Source: Fimicolochytrium jonesii
Lineage: Eukaryota
Length of the DNA: 64,000 nt
Assembly (NCBI RefSeq): GCF_025526975.1
Contig: NW_026515668.1
Coordinates: forward strand, 744,001 to 808,000
Direction of reading: 5' to 3'
Shown here: positions 14,410 to 25,911 of the stretch, one piece after another
Position numbering within the stretch: the stretch's first letter is position 1
Layout of the letters: each line of letters starts with the position of its first letter
Made by a program: the position numbers and the translations under genes
Notes under the pieces: generated by a model
Database searches by the model: none
Seen by the model: the letters and a program-made list of their open reading frames with translations, nothing else
Told to the model about the DNA's origin: nothing

Positions 14410-15407
14410 ATGGCCCAACCCGAATCCGTACCTTTCACCGCCAAGCAATGGAACGATATGTGCCAAGCCATCGCCGCCTTGCAAAGCCAAAACGCCAAAT
14501 GCAGGCCAACCTAGCGCAAGCCCAAGCCGACGCACAAGCTGCCCAGAGCATCGCCGCCCAGGTTCAAGCCGATACGTACACCCGTCCCCAAGCCACCAAC
14601 CCTGCTCTGGAGCCAAGAATCAGCTCGCCCGAGAAGTTTGATGGTACCCGCAGCAAATTCCGTGGGTGGTTGAACAACATCCGGTTGATGTTTGCTCTCC
14701 AGCCCGACCGCTACCCCAGCGACATCATCAAGATCCAAACTATTGGCACCTACCTCACCGGCACTGCACAAGCCTGGATGGCGCCCCTAGTCGAACGCCA
14801 AGATCACAGCCTTCAGGACTTCGATAGTTTTATCAGTCAGATGCAATCGGTCTTCGGAGACAGCGACAGGGTCCGCACCTCTGAAAACAAGCTCCAGAAC
14901 CTTCGCCAAACCCGTGCAGCAACCGAGTACGTCGCTGAGTTCCGCCAGCTACAATGCGATGTCTCCTGGAACGACCAGGCCCTGATCGCTACCTTCCGCC
15001 GTGGCCTCAAAGAAGACGTCAAAGACCTGATGCTCACAATGCCCCCTGCGGCCACCATTGATGTGGTGATGGAGCAGGCTATCCAGTGCGATAACCGGCT
15101 GTTTGAGCGCCGCCTGGAGCGAAACAGAAGCCGCCAGACCTTCCCGGTTCCCCATACCTCGTTTACTACTACCACCACTGTCGACCACAGCGAGCCTATG
15201 CAGATTGACGCCGCTCGTCCCCGCGGCCCTCTGAGCCCTCAGGAACGCCAACGCCGCATTTCCAACAACCTCTGCCTTTACTGCGGTGGCGCGGGGCACA
15301 TTGCAAAAGTCTGCCCCGTCAAGAACAAGACCACCACCCGTGCCGCCAACGTCGACATCAAAGAACCCTCCACCGAACAGGGTTTTCCCAAAGTCCAGCC
15401 GCAGTAA
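14410..15407 (+). CDS. gag: Gag of the chromovirus (apparent frameshift near 14496)
   Basis: PEKFDGTRSKFRGWL, LTGTAQAW, LRQTRAATEYVAEF, EPMQID and CLYCGGAGHIAKVC. The ATG at 14410 (MAQPES...) is one base out of frame with the main ORF. Confidence 0.9.
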
Positions 15408-18400
15408 AGCCCCAGCGACTGGACAACACACACCGCCCCGGGCCTCCTAACCTCGCAGCTCCTGCAACGGGAGAGGCCACCCCCCTGGTTCCCGACTCCG
15501 TTATAGCCGACACAACCCTCCTAGCCGCTGCCCATGTCGAAAACTCCGAAATTAACCCCCGCGCCATGCTTGCGTTGGGTCCCGTCGAACCCTTCAACTA
15601 CCCCGTTACCATCATGGTATCATCCAGCCGCGCCCTGATACCTATCCTCAGCCATGATCGACAACGGTGCCCTGTCCTGCTTCATCGACAGAGACTTTGC
15701 CCGCAAACACCGCATCGCCCTAGTCCCACAGCAGCGTCCACTGACGATCGAACTCAGTTGACGGTCAACCCAGCTCTGCTGGGCCAATCACCCATCACAC
15801 CCAACCAGTAGGCATGTGGGTCGACGACCACTTCGAAGAACTCGTCTTCCATGTCACCAAATCACCCCATGCTCCAATCCTCCTTGGTCTCCCCTGGCTC
15901 CGCCTCCACGACATTAACCTTGACTTCAAGAACCTTTCGGTCGGTTTCCGTTGCGACTGTCTGTACCATGAATTCGCGAATTGGGACAACTCTCCAGCAC
16001 CCCCAAGCCCAGCACCCGCCAGAACCCCCGAGCCCTTGATCCGCATCCCCCAGGATGAAGTCCCCGTCGACGAAACATGGTCGATTCCAGTACCCAAGGT
16101 ATCTTGCTCCAGCACCCCAGAACCGGCTCCCACGCTGCTCCGAGTCTCGTTCATCTCTGCCCCAGCCTTCCGGGTCGCAGCAAGGCATGACCAGGTCTTT
16201 GTCGCCTACGCCAACCCTGCGAAACCCGATCTCCCAGCCTCGCCTAGCCCCAGTAACCCCCCGACACCCGAGAAAGACATCAAAGACTTCCTGCCCCCCG
16301 AGTAATCAAGACTTCGCCGACGTTTTCGAAAAGAGAAATGCTGACACTCTCCCCGAGCACCGGCCCTACGACTGTCCAATCGATCTGGAAGAAGGCAAGC
16401 AGCCACCTTTCGGCCCGATCTACAGCCTCAGCAAACCAGAAATGAAGGCACTCTGCGAATACCTCGAAGAAAACCTCGCCAAAGGATTCATCAAACCCTC
16501 AAAGTCCCCTGCCGGTGCGCCAGTCTTATTCGTGAAGAAAAAGGACGGTTCTCTCCGCCTCTGCGTCGATTATCGAGGCCTGAACAGCATCACGGTGAAG
16601 AATCGCTACCCCCTGCCCCTGATCAACGGTATCATGGATTGTTTGCGCGGCGCCCGCCGTCTCACCAAGATCGACCTCCGCGGCGCTTATAACCTCTTAC
16701 GCATGCGCCCTGGGCGATGAATGGAAGACCGCCTTCCGCTGCCGCTACGGCCTATTCGAATACAATGTCATGCCCTTTGGACTCAGCAATGCTCCTGGCG
16801 TCTTCCAGTACCTGATGAACGACATCTTCCGCGACATTCTCGATGTGTTTGTTGTCGTCTACCTCGACGATATCCTGATATTCTCCAAGAACCCCGAAGA
16901 TCACCCCAAACATGTCCGCGAAGTCTTGTCCCGCCTCCGACAGCATGGGTTGTACGCCAAACCAGAGAAGTGCGAATTCAACCGCGAATCCGTTGAGTTC
17001 CTAGGCTTCATCATCTCCAAGAAAGGCATCCAGATGGACCCCAAGAAGATCGCTGCCATCACGGATTGGGAACCTCCCAAGAATGTCAAAGGCGTCCAGC
17101 GGTTCCTCGGCTTTGCCAACTTCTATCGCCGATTCATCCAAGGTTATTCCAAGATCGCTACCCCGCTCACAGCCCTGACCCGGAAAGACATCCCGTACGC
17201 CTGGACACCCGCCGCAAACACCGCCTTCGAGAACCTGAAGAAAGCATTCACCACCGCCCCCATCCTTGCTCACCCTGACCCAGAGAAGCCCTTCGTCGTC
17301 GAAACTGACGCCTCCGACTTCGCTCTTGGCGCAGTTCTCCTCCAACCTGACCAGGACAATCAGCTCCACCCCGTGGCCTTCCACTCTCGCAAATTCACGG
17401 CCGAAGAGATCAACTACGAGATCTACGACAAGGAACTTCTGGCCATCCAAGACTCCTTTGCCCAGTGGCGCCACCATCTCATTGGCGCCCGTCACAAGAT
17501 CACCGTTTACTCCGACCACAAAAACCTTCAGTACTTCATGACCACCCGCACCCTGAACCGCCGCCAAGCCCGCTGGTCGATATTCTTCTCGGATTTTGAC
17601 TTTGTCATTACCTATCGCCCCGGTCCCCAGCAGCACCAAGCCGATGCCCTCTCCCGACGCTCCGAACATGAGCTAAAAGAGGGGGAAGAAGCGTTCCGCT
17701 CCCAGGCAACCACAATTTTGACTCCCGAACGCCTTCGACTCGCGGCTGCCTACCTCACACCCATGGATACCACGCTGCTTGACAAGATTAAGGCCGCCCA
17801 GGCCTCTGATCCCCTCGCTAAGACCATTCGCGAAAAGCTCAAGATACCCCTCGCCCAACGAACTGAGGAAACCCAAGATCGTATCAAGCGGTTCTCAGAT
17901 GAAGATGGGATCCTGCTGCACGATAACCTGGTCTATGTCCCCACCAACGAGCTCCGAGCTGAAGTCTGCCACGACATGCACGATACTCCCCTAGCCGGCC
18001 ACTTTGGGATGTCCAAGACGCTCGAACTCGCCTCCCGCAACTACTGGTGGCCCAGCCAGTGGCGCTTCGTCAAGGCCTACGTCAAGTCCTGCGATACCTG
18101 TAGCCAAGCGAAATCCAGTCGACACAAACCATACGGCCTACTCCAGCCCAACAGTATCCCTACCCGCCCTTGGGGATCTTGGTCCCTGGACTTTATCACC
18201 GGTCTGCCTCCCGTGGACGGGTACGACTCCATCCTGAACGTCAACTGTCGCCTCACCAAGATGGCCCACTTCATCGCCTGCAGCGAGTCAGAATCCGCCG
18301 AATCCACCGCCGACCTAGTCTTCCACAACATCATCCGTCTCCACGGCCTCCCCGACGACATCATCTCTGACCGAGGACCCCAGTTTAAGTCCCGGTTCTG

Positions 18401-19295
18401 GCGTCGACTTCTCGAACTCCTTGGGGCAAAAGCCAACCTCTCCTCGGCCTTCCACCCCCAGAGCGATGGCCAGACGGAACGCACCAACCAGATCCTGGAG
18501 CAGTATCTCCGATGCTTTTGCAACCACCAACAGGACAACTGGAAACAGCTTCTGTCGTCCGCCGAGTTCGCCTACAACAACACCCATCAGTCCGCCTCCC
18601 AGACCACCCCCTTCTACGCCAACAAGGGTCTCCACCCCCGCTTCAGTTTCGCGGCCTCTGCTACCTCCGAATCCGTCAACCCCGCCGCTGAAGCCCGCGC
18701 TAAACAAATCAGGGAAGTCCATGAACAGCTCGCCCTCGAGCTCAAGGAAGCCCAAGATCAAATGAAGCGCTACGCCGACGCCAAACGAATTCCTGGACCG
18801 GACTTCAAGCCTGGCGACCACGTCTGGCTCCTCCGCAAAAACCTCCATACAACCCGGCCCTCTCAGAAACTCGACCATCGCAAGATTGGGCCATTCCCCA
18901 TCGTTGAAAAAATCAATCCCGTCGCCTACCGGCTCAAGCTCCCGCCTACGTACAAAATCCACGATGTCTTCCATGTCTCGCTCCTCGAACCCCGCTTCAC
19001 CATCCCCGAACGACACGAACCCGAACCCGCGCCCCCAGAGACCGTTGAGGGTCAAGAAGAGTGGGTTGTCGAAGCCATCCTTGACTCTCGCATCCATTGT
19101 CGTCGCCTTCAGTACTTGGTCAAATGGCAGGGCTGGACTGACTCCGAGAACACCTGGGAGCCCGTGGAACACCTCACCCATACCGACGCACTCCTCCAGG
19201 ACTTCCACAGCGCGTACCCCAACAAGCCTTCCTCTGTCCCCGTAGCACCTCCTCTGCGGCCACACCAAACTCGACGCCGCCGCCGCCGCCGCTAA
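15380..19295 (+). pseudogene. pol: Pol polyprotein (protease, RT, RNase H, integrase, chromodomain), frameshifted in its 5' third
   Basis: Protease AMIDNGA (~15651) and [19 protein letters not shown] and YLDD. RNase H TDASDFA. Integrase HHCC plus DDE. Chromodomain EWVVEAILD..YLVKWQG. Indels near 15645, 16303 and 16715; 16770-19295 is open. Confidence 0.93.
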
Positions 19296-19307
19296 AGAGA
19301 GGGGTGA

Positions 19308-19872
19308 TGTTATGGACGACGCGCCCATACCATAAGCTTACCTACTGACAGCCTGCCAATGTCAACCGCCAAATGTCAAACGCCAATGTCAATGTCAATG
19401 TCAGTGTCAATGTCAGTGTCAATGTCAATGTCAATGTCAGTGTCAATGTCAATGTCAATGCCACTCCCCCTCTCTCCTCTCATTTCGCCAATCCTCTTGC
19501 AATATCGCCACTCCTCCTCTCTCCTCTCATTTCAGCCAATCCCCCCTCGGCTTCTCCACACCCCCCACTACTTCCCCATAGCCAGCAGCTGTAGCAATGC
19601 TCTCTACGCTCGCCACGCACGCTCTAGGAGCATAGCTGACGCCCCCCCAGTCCCCTCTTGTTGTTGTTGTTCTCTGATCTGCTGGGTTGCCTATCTATAA
19701 ATAGCCGGCCTCTCTTCGTCCGTTCCCTTCCTCCCCAGCAGATCAACACCAGTTCTTCTCATCTCCTGTTCTAGTCCTTGTTTCTTGTTTCGCCAATACA
19801 ATCTCTTGTCGCCTATCACTCTCGCCCTGTCTTCTCTACTTCGCTTCCGCCTCCATCGTCGAGATCATAACA
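19308..19872 (+). repeat. 3' LTR (565 bp)
   Basis: TGTTATGGAC...GATCATAACA directly after the PPT. Longer microsatellite and roughly a dozen differences from the 5' LTR. Confidence 0.97.
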
Positions 19873-20202
19873 GCGCTGGTGTGGGCAATCTGACCTTGAC
19901 GCATTCACCGTGTTAAATCAGGTTGGTCCGCTAGAGCGGTCTGCATCAGACACCTTTCTCTAGCAGGCACGCAGAAGCACGCACACCTTACACACCACAC
20001 AGCGGCACATAACATGCAGATCGATGCGCCGATATGCTCGTACAACCCCTACCTGTACAACCCCTACCTGTACAACCCCAACATGTACTGCTCCCCCCAA
20101 TAAACCCCGCGCTCCAATAAAATCCTCCTTCTCCGTTTCCTCCATCTTCGTGTCGATACAAATCAGAATGGGTCAGCGCAATCGTTCTAAAGTCTGCAAT
20201 CG

Positions 20203-21487
20203 CTATAAAGACTCAGCAAGCCCAAGGACGCGCCCGGCAGCAACGACACCCTCCTCCCGCAACAACCGTTCGACTTGTTTTGCCAGCTTCTCGTTGATTT
20301 GAACGGAGGTCCCGAGGCGATTGGAGTCGTTGCCTCTGACGGACAACGTGGTTGCGTGTACATCCTCAGGCCCTCGCCAAACAATCTCGACTACGCCGTC
20401 GCACGCATCAAAATCCACATACACACGATAGTCCGCATTTACAAAGACTCCACCATGACAGGCGAATCCATCCGCCTTGCTCTTCAGCTTGCCCGTTGTG
20501 TTCGAGACTGGGAACCAGATTCCGTATGTGAGTTTCGATGTGTTGTTATCGCGGTGGAATTTATTGGCAAAGTCATCCCATGTGGCGGTGATATTGCTGG
20601 CGAAGGAGTCATCCGCGACGAGGTCCCCGAATTCCGCTTGTGAAATAGTAGGCACACGCAGTTCCTTTGCCCGCTTTTTGATGCGAGAAAAGAGGTAAGG
20701 GGAAAGCTTATTGAGGAAGTAGATGTAATGCGCCTCAATCTTTGGTAACTCAGCTTGCAAGGCGGCCCACTTCTCCCTGCTAACGGAATCCTTTTTTCGT
20801 GGTTGATAGATGCCCATGCTTTTTCCACTATCTGTACCCACACGCCAGCCAACACCGATCATGGTACCAGACGTCTGTGTACCATTTATCGTCACAGGGT
20901 AAGCTAACTGACGCTGGTGGTCGAGGTGGAGCGCAATCTCCTCAAAACGGGTCCTGTCATCCGCTGACATATCCGCAAACGGATGAAACCTTGCCGCAAA
21001 TACAATCTCATCCGTTTGCCTGTCGGCTACAACAAGGATGTCCTTGTAGAGACGGGTGTACGGGTGATCGTGATCAACTTCCCTGGTATATTGCTTGAGG
21101 AAGTCTTCGTGCGTAAGGTGCTTTCCAAACGGATGCGGGCTGGTTTGCTGCTCAGTCTTTCTTGTTGCCCAGAATATGTACGCACTGTCGCCGGAACCTG
21201 TGGCACAAGGCCATACAACAGTTGGTCAGTCGCGTTGGTTGAGACGGTCAGTCGCGTTGGTTGAGACGTGTCTGACAGCATACGTAATGAAACGAACCTT
21301 GGTCAACACTTCTATGCTCAGCTCCAGCCTCGGTATCACCCGCCGTCTTCAGTATCCTCCGCATGTTTTCATTCTTTTCTTGTTTGCGCTGTCGGTTTGC
21401 CGCCTTTCCCCTTGCCCAATCGGCTCCGGAACGTCGTCGCGGCTTTGACTTCGACCCTGGCTTTGACGTTGATGCTGATTCTGTCAT
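20203..21487 (-). CDS. TET/JBP-family (Tet-like) 2-oxoglutarate/Fe(II) dioxygenase, 2 exons, ~394 aa
   Basis: Exon 21487-21298, intron GTTCGT...CCACAG (21297-21198) and exon 21197-20203 give an uninterrupted 1185-nt CDS. Motifs FASNITAT, FANKFHRD (HxD), GGVFV, EIVWRG..DVHATT (distal H) and NRLGTSVQ (2OG-binding R). Basic N-terminus. Confidence 0.8.
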
Positions 21488-21589
21488 GCTGATTTGCCTG
21501 GTGAATGGAGTATGTAAATTAGTTGGGGCGGAGTACGTAGGTTGTCCCAGGAGCATTGGAGTGGGTTTGTGACGTAGAATGGCAAACAA

Positions 21590-21695
21590 ATCGCGAGGCT
21601 GCCCCTATTCCGGGCTGTCTCGGGCGATCGCGAGTCGAGAAGGTTGCTAAGCGTATCGCGAGGCTGCCCCTATTCCGGGCTGTCTCGGGCGATCG
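21590..21695. repeat. Two exact 41-bp direct repeats upstream of the TET-like gene
   Basis: ATCGCGAGGCTGCCCCTATTCCGGGCTGTCTCGGGCGATCG at 21590-21630 and 21655-21695. Confidence 0.92.
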
Positions 21696-21710
21696 GTTTT
21701 GGTAATGTGT

Positions 21711-22349
21711 ACGCTCGTGCTTATTACAGCCTTCACGCTCGGCCTTACGCCCACGCTCGGCCTTATTACAGCCTTCACGCTTGGCCTTATGACAGCCTTC
21801 ACGCTCGGCCTTATAACAGCCTTCACGCTCGGCCTTATCACAGCCTTCACGCTCGGCCTTATTACAGCCTTCACGCTCGGCCTTATGACAGCCTTCACGC
21901 TCGGCCTTATTACAGCCTTCACGCTCGGCCTTATTACAGCCTTCACGCTCGGCCTTATTACAGCCTTCACGCTCGGCCTTATCACAGCCTTCACGCTCGG
22001 CCTTATTACAGCCTTCACGCTCGGCCTTATTACAACCTTCACGCTTGGCCTTATGACAGCCTTCACGCTCGGCCTTATAACAGCCTTCACGCTCGGCCTT
22101 ATCACAGCCTTCACGCTCGGCCTTATTACAGCCTTCACGCTCGGCCTTATTACAGCCTTCACGCTCGGCCTTATTACAGCCTTCACGCTCGGCCTTATTA
22201 CAGCCTTCACGCTCGGCCTTATTACAGCCTTCACGCTCGCCCTTATTACAGCCTTCACGCTCGGCCTTATTACAGCCTTCACGCTCGGCCTTATTACGGC
22301 CTTCACGCTCGGCCTTATGCCCACGCTCGGCCTTACGGCCTTCACGCTC
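21711..22349. repeat. 24-bp tandem minisatellite, ~26 copies
   Basis: Unit CCTTATNACAGCCTTCACGCTCGG with shortened units near both ends and no spacers. Confidence 0.97.
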
Positions 22350-22727
22350 TCAGCGCCGTGGTTTGCCATTTGGTACGGCTGGTACGTAGGGGGTAGGCAC
22401 TACTACCCCAGAATTCAATTTCCCACATCCAAAAAACGAATCATGGCTCGAGTCCTGCAACATAGGGCACTCAACTCTCCTCTTCCGCTTATGCAGATAC
22501 CGATAGACATCCATGTGCAGTATTCATGTTCGAGCTGGAGATGAGATATGGTGGGTGATCAATGATGACTGATGAGGCTTTGCGAAAAACCGGAGATCAA
22601 ACGGGAACAGGATGGTTGACGGAAACAGGATGGTTGCACGGTAACGGGATGGTTGGACGGAAACGGGAGACGCAAGGATGGGATGCGGAACTGCCACCTT
22701 GTTGCTACAGGCGTCCCTCTGTCTGAT

Positions 22728-25437
22728 ATGAAAGTGAGACTGTCGCACACGGGAGGAGAGCGATGGTGGAGGAGAGGAGGGGTAGCTGGCAGGTTGTGCC
22801 GGGACTCCAGGACTCCCGCACTTGCAGAACATTCCCACTTGCACATCTTCATGCACATCCTCACGCTGGTCTCTTGTTTTACAGACTAAGCGACGAAACG
22901 AATCTGAAGGGGAGGGGAAGCGGACAAAGCGGGCAACAGCGGTACACGGATTCAGTCGTTTTAATACACTTCTGAAGCAAGATGCAGTCGGAATCATCTC
23001 ACGCTTCAACCTCAACGTCGAATCCGCGGAGGAATATGCCACAACAATTGCGCACCCCGACACAAGCCGTATCAGGTGGATAAACGCATGACGAAAACAT
23101 CTATATGACCAGCTCAGAGCGGGAGAGAAGGAGGCGATCGAAGGGATTCCGTTGTCCCCAACTCCAACTCCAACACCAGCCCATGCCCTTGACATGTTAC
23201 TGAGCGCCGCGAAACATCTCCTCACTTACGCCGATTCCAGTATCGAATTCGGATTGTTTACCTTTGATCACACTACAGAGTGCGCAACAGCAACAGGGAC
23301 ATCTCCGATGCTGTGTGCGACGCTTAGTGACGGGTCAGCTAAAGCTGATAATGTTTGTCAGCGAATCAAGACCCATTTTCGCACACTTGCACGTAAGTTA
23401 CATGCCGTTGTCCTCATGCTCCGTGTGTCTGTCCTCGGCCACTAATCAGGGATATTATAGAAACCGCTTCATGCCCCCCCAAACGCCGCATGTACTTTAC
23501 CTCCAGGGAGGATGTCGTCGCGTTTGTCAAAGAGTGCTACAATCAGGCATTCGTGAAGGAGTGTCACCAAACACATTTTTGCGAGATATTGGCCTTCCAT
23601 GAGAGGTACCCATATGCGAGCGGGTGTCCGCCATATCATCCATACTTTGGCGCGCTGGCCAAAGCAAAAATGGATCAAGGTCAGCGAGACGTGTGGGGAA
23701 TGTATGCCCCCTACCTGGAATTCAAGTGGCGCAAAAAGGGGCAGAAGCTGTCTCTAGGTAAGGCGACCGGACCGTGTTCCCGCATGCATTGACACAGCAC
23801 ACTCACCTATGTATCATAGACGACATTTTTGCTCCGGTTCTCCCAAATGACCCTCTCGCTATGCGGCCCAGGGCGCGGATCCACCAGTTTCTTGACAAGG
23901 CTGCATGGGCACAGAGCCTGGAAGGAGATCACGATCACCAGCCCACACCAACACCTGGCCCAACCCACACTACCACACCCAGCGCCATCTCAAACCCCGA
24001 CATTGGTTTTGCTTTTGGCAGAGTTGACGACGGCGGCGGCGGTGTTGAAATCGTGGCAGGCAGCGGCGGCGGTGGCAGCGGCGGCGGTGGAGTTGAGGGA
24101 GTTGACGAGGACCAGGCGCGACAGATGATGAACACTGATGCTTGTCTCTGGATATATAGGTGGTGCGCGTTGTTACAAGCCTGTTATGATCTCGACGACT
24201 GAGGCGGAAGCGAAGTAGAGAAGACAAGGCAAGAGCGATGGGCGACAAGAGATTGTATTGGCGAAACAAGGGACAAGGACTAGAACAAGAGATGAGAAGA
24301 ACTGGTGTTGATCTGCTGGGGAGGAAGGGAATGGACGAAGAGAGGCCGGCTATTTATAGATAGGCAACCCAGCAGGCCAGAGATCAACAACAACAAGAGG
24401 GGACTGGGGGGGGCGCCAGCTATGCTCCTAGAGCGTGCGTGGCGAGCGTAGAGAGCATTGCTACAGCTGCTGGCTATGGAGAAGTAGTGGGGGATGTGGA
24501 GAAGTAGTGGGGGATGTGGAGAAGCCGAGAGGGGATTGGCGAAATGAGAGGAGAGAGGAGGAGGGGCAATATTGCGGGAGGATTGGCGAAATGAGAGGAG
24601 AGAGGGGGAGTGGCATTGCCATTGACATTGACACTGACATTGACACTGACATTGACATTGACATTGGCGGTTGACATTGGCGGCTGTCAGTAGGTAAGCT
24701 TATGGTATGGGCGCGTCGTCCATAACAAAGCCAGGTCATCACGGCACCCAACCATTTATCCGCCACTGCTAGCCGTTGGATCCACTTGGCTCCAAAGTGT
24801 CAAAATGGCACGGAGATCCAATGTCCCTATTTGGGTTGTTCCGGTAAGAAAAGTTACTTAACCGTACCGTACTTAACTAAACTAACCTTCCTTTTTTTTG
24901 TTTGATGTTAAGCGGTCTGTCAACATCGCAGAGTACAACATACTGCTATCCCCAACAAACCCAGACAATCTGCATTGGGTCCTGTTTGCGATACTCGTCG
25001 CGGTGCCGGCGCCCAAGTCCGCAAAACCCCTGGGCCCCCCTGGTGCGCCATTAACCAGACACGAAAACCTATCCATAGTTTTATTTGACTCCAAGGCTTG
25101 CCCAGGCGACAAGTACCACATTGATAAGATGGCCAATATCGGCTCCATCTTGTGGGATTGGTACACCAGGGCCACTGAAGCCCCCCTCAACGACGCACCG
25201 ACACCGACGGTTGACGCCCTCTTCACGCCTCGACAGACCAATGACCAGAACTGCGGTACATTTGTGTGCATGATGGCCGATGCCATTGCCCGTGGTGCGG
25301 TGGGTGAGGTCTCAGAATCATGGTCCGATACGCAGACCGCCGTCAATGCCCGCCATAATATCGCTCTGAGCATCGTTTTGGCGACGTTTCTTAATGAGGG
25401 GGATGCTCATCAGTATATGAATGTGACAAAGTGCTAG
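22728..25437 (+). pseudogene. Multi-exon gene ending in a Ulp1/SENP (C48) cysteine peptidase domain, disrupted
   Basis: Last exon has NLHWVLFAI, LFDS and PRQTNDQNCGTFVC (H-D-Q-C catalytic set). In-frame TGA at 23089-23091 and a solo LTR at 24182-24727. Start position approximate. Confidence 0.78.
24182..24727 (-). mobile_element. Solo LTR of the same family as 13795-19872, inverted
   Basis: Reverse complement of the LTR, with perfect 5-bp TSD AAGCC at 24177-24181 and 24728-24732. Confidence 0.96.
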
Positions 25438-25710
25438 ATCTCTGGTGACTGTAGCCATAGTCCCTTCAATAGCATCATTGTACAGTAGTAGTCAAAATGC
25501 CGTACAAACATCGGCCACGCTTCGGCCAGGTCTACACAAAAGATCCAGTCCTGATCAGGGCTGCTGCCGGATTCACCTGGAATATACCGGCGGCCACAAC
25601 GAATGTGTTGAACTTCGGCGCATCGAGTCCAGAAACCGTCACAGTAACCGGATATGGCTTGATGAACTTCATTATTTCTGGAGGTGCCGTGCAGCCAACC
25701 TTCCAATGTC

Positions 25711-25901
25711 AACCCTAACCCAAGAGAGGTGACCTAACACTCCCAAGACCCGAGTTAGGGTTGCGGGTAGGGTTAGGGTCGTTGCGGGTTGTGGTTAGGG
25801 TTAGGGTTAGGGTTGGGTTAGGGTTAGGGTTGTGGGAAAGGAAAATGTGCTCGTACAGCGTTGCGCCAATAATGAAAAGGGTTAGGTTAGGGTTAGGGTT
25901 A
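25711..25901 (+). repeat. Interstitial telomere-like repeats (TTAGGG and variants)
   Basis: Short AACCCTAACCC, then degenerate GGTTAGGGTTAGGG tracts at ~25756-25831 and 25878-25900. Confidence 0.9.
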
Positions 25902-25911
25902 TATCCTGTGC

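Larger units (their letters stand above)
13795..19872 (+). mobile_element. Near full-length Ty3/Gypsy chromovirus (Tf1/sushi-like) LTR retrotransposon
   Basis: Two TG...CA LTRs enclose gag and PR-RT-RH-IN-chromodomain in that order. Purine tract AAAGAGAGGGG at 19294-19304. The flanks differ (GCTAT vs GCGCT), so there is no TSD. Confidence 0.97.

Noticed and set aside
15600..16770. Additional programmed frameshifts in pol
   Set aside because: These are single-base indels at short homopolymers within conserved motifs, consistent with decay or sequencing error.
21224..21267. 22-bp tandem duplication apparently breaking the TET gene
   Set aside because: It lies inside the predicted intron 21297-21198, so the coding frame is unaffected.
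21644..22544. Repetitive ORFs (HARPYYSL, KAVIRPSV, TAFTLGLI repeats) and a possible CRISPR-like array
   Set aside because: They are by-products of a 24-bp unit lacking stops in several frames. There are no unique spacers, no cas genes, and the context is eukaryotic.
23089..23091. In-frame TGA as selenocysteine or readthrough
   Set aside because: The gene is also disrupted by a solo LTR, the codon is not at a catalytic position, and no SECIS was recognised. A nonsense mutation is simpler.
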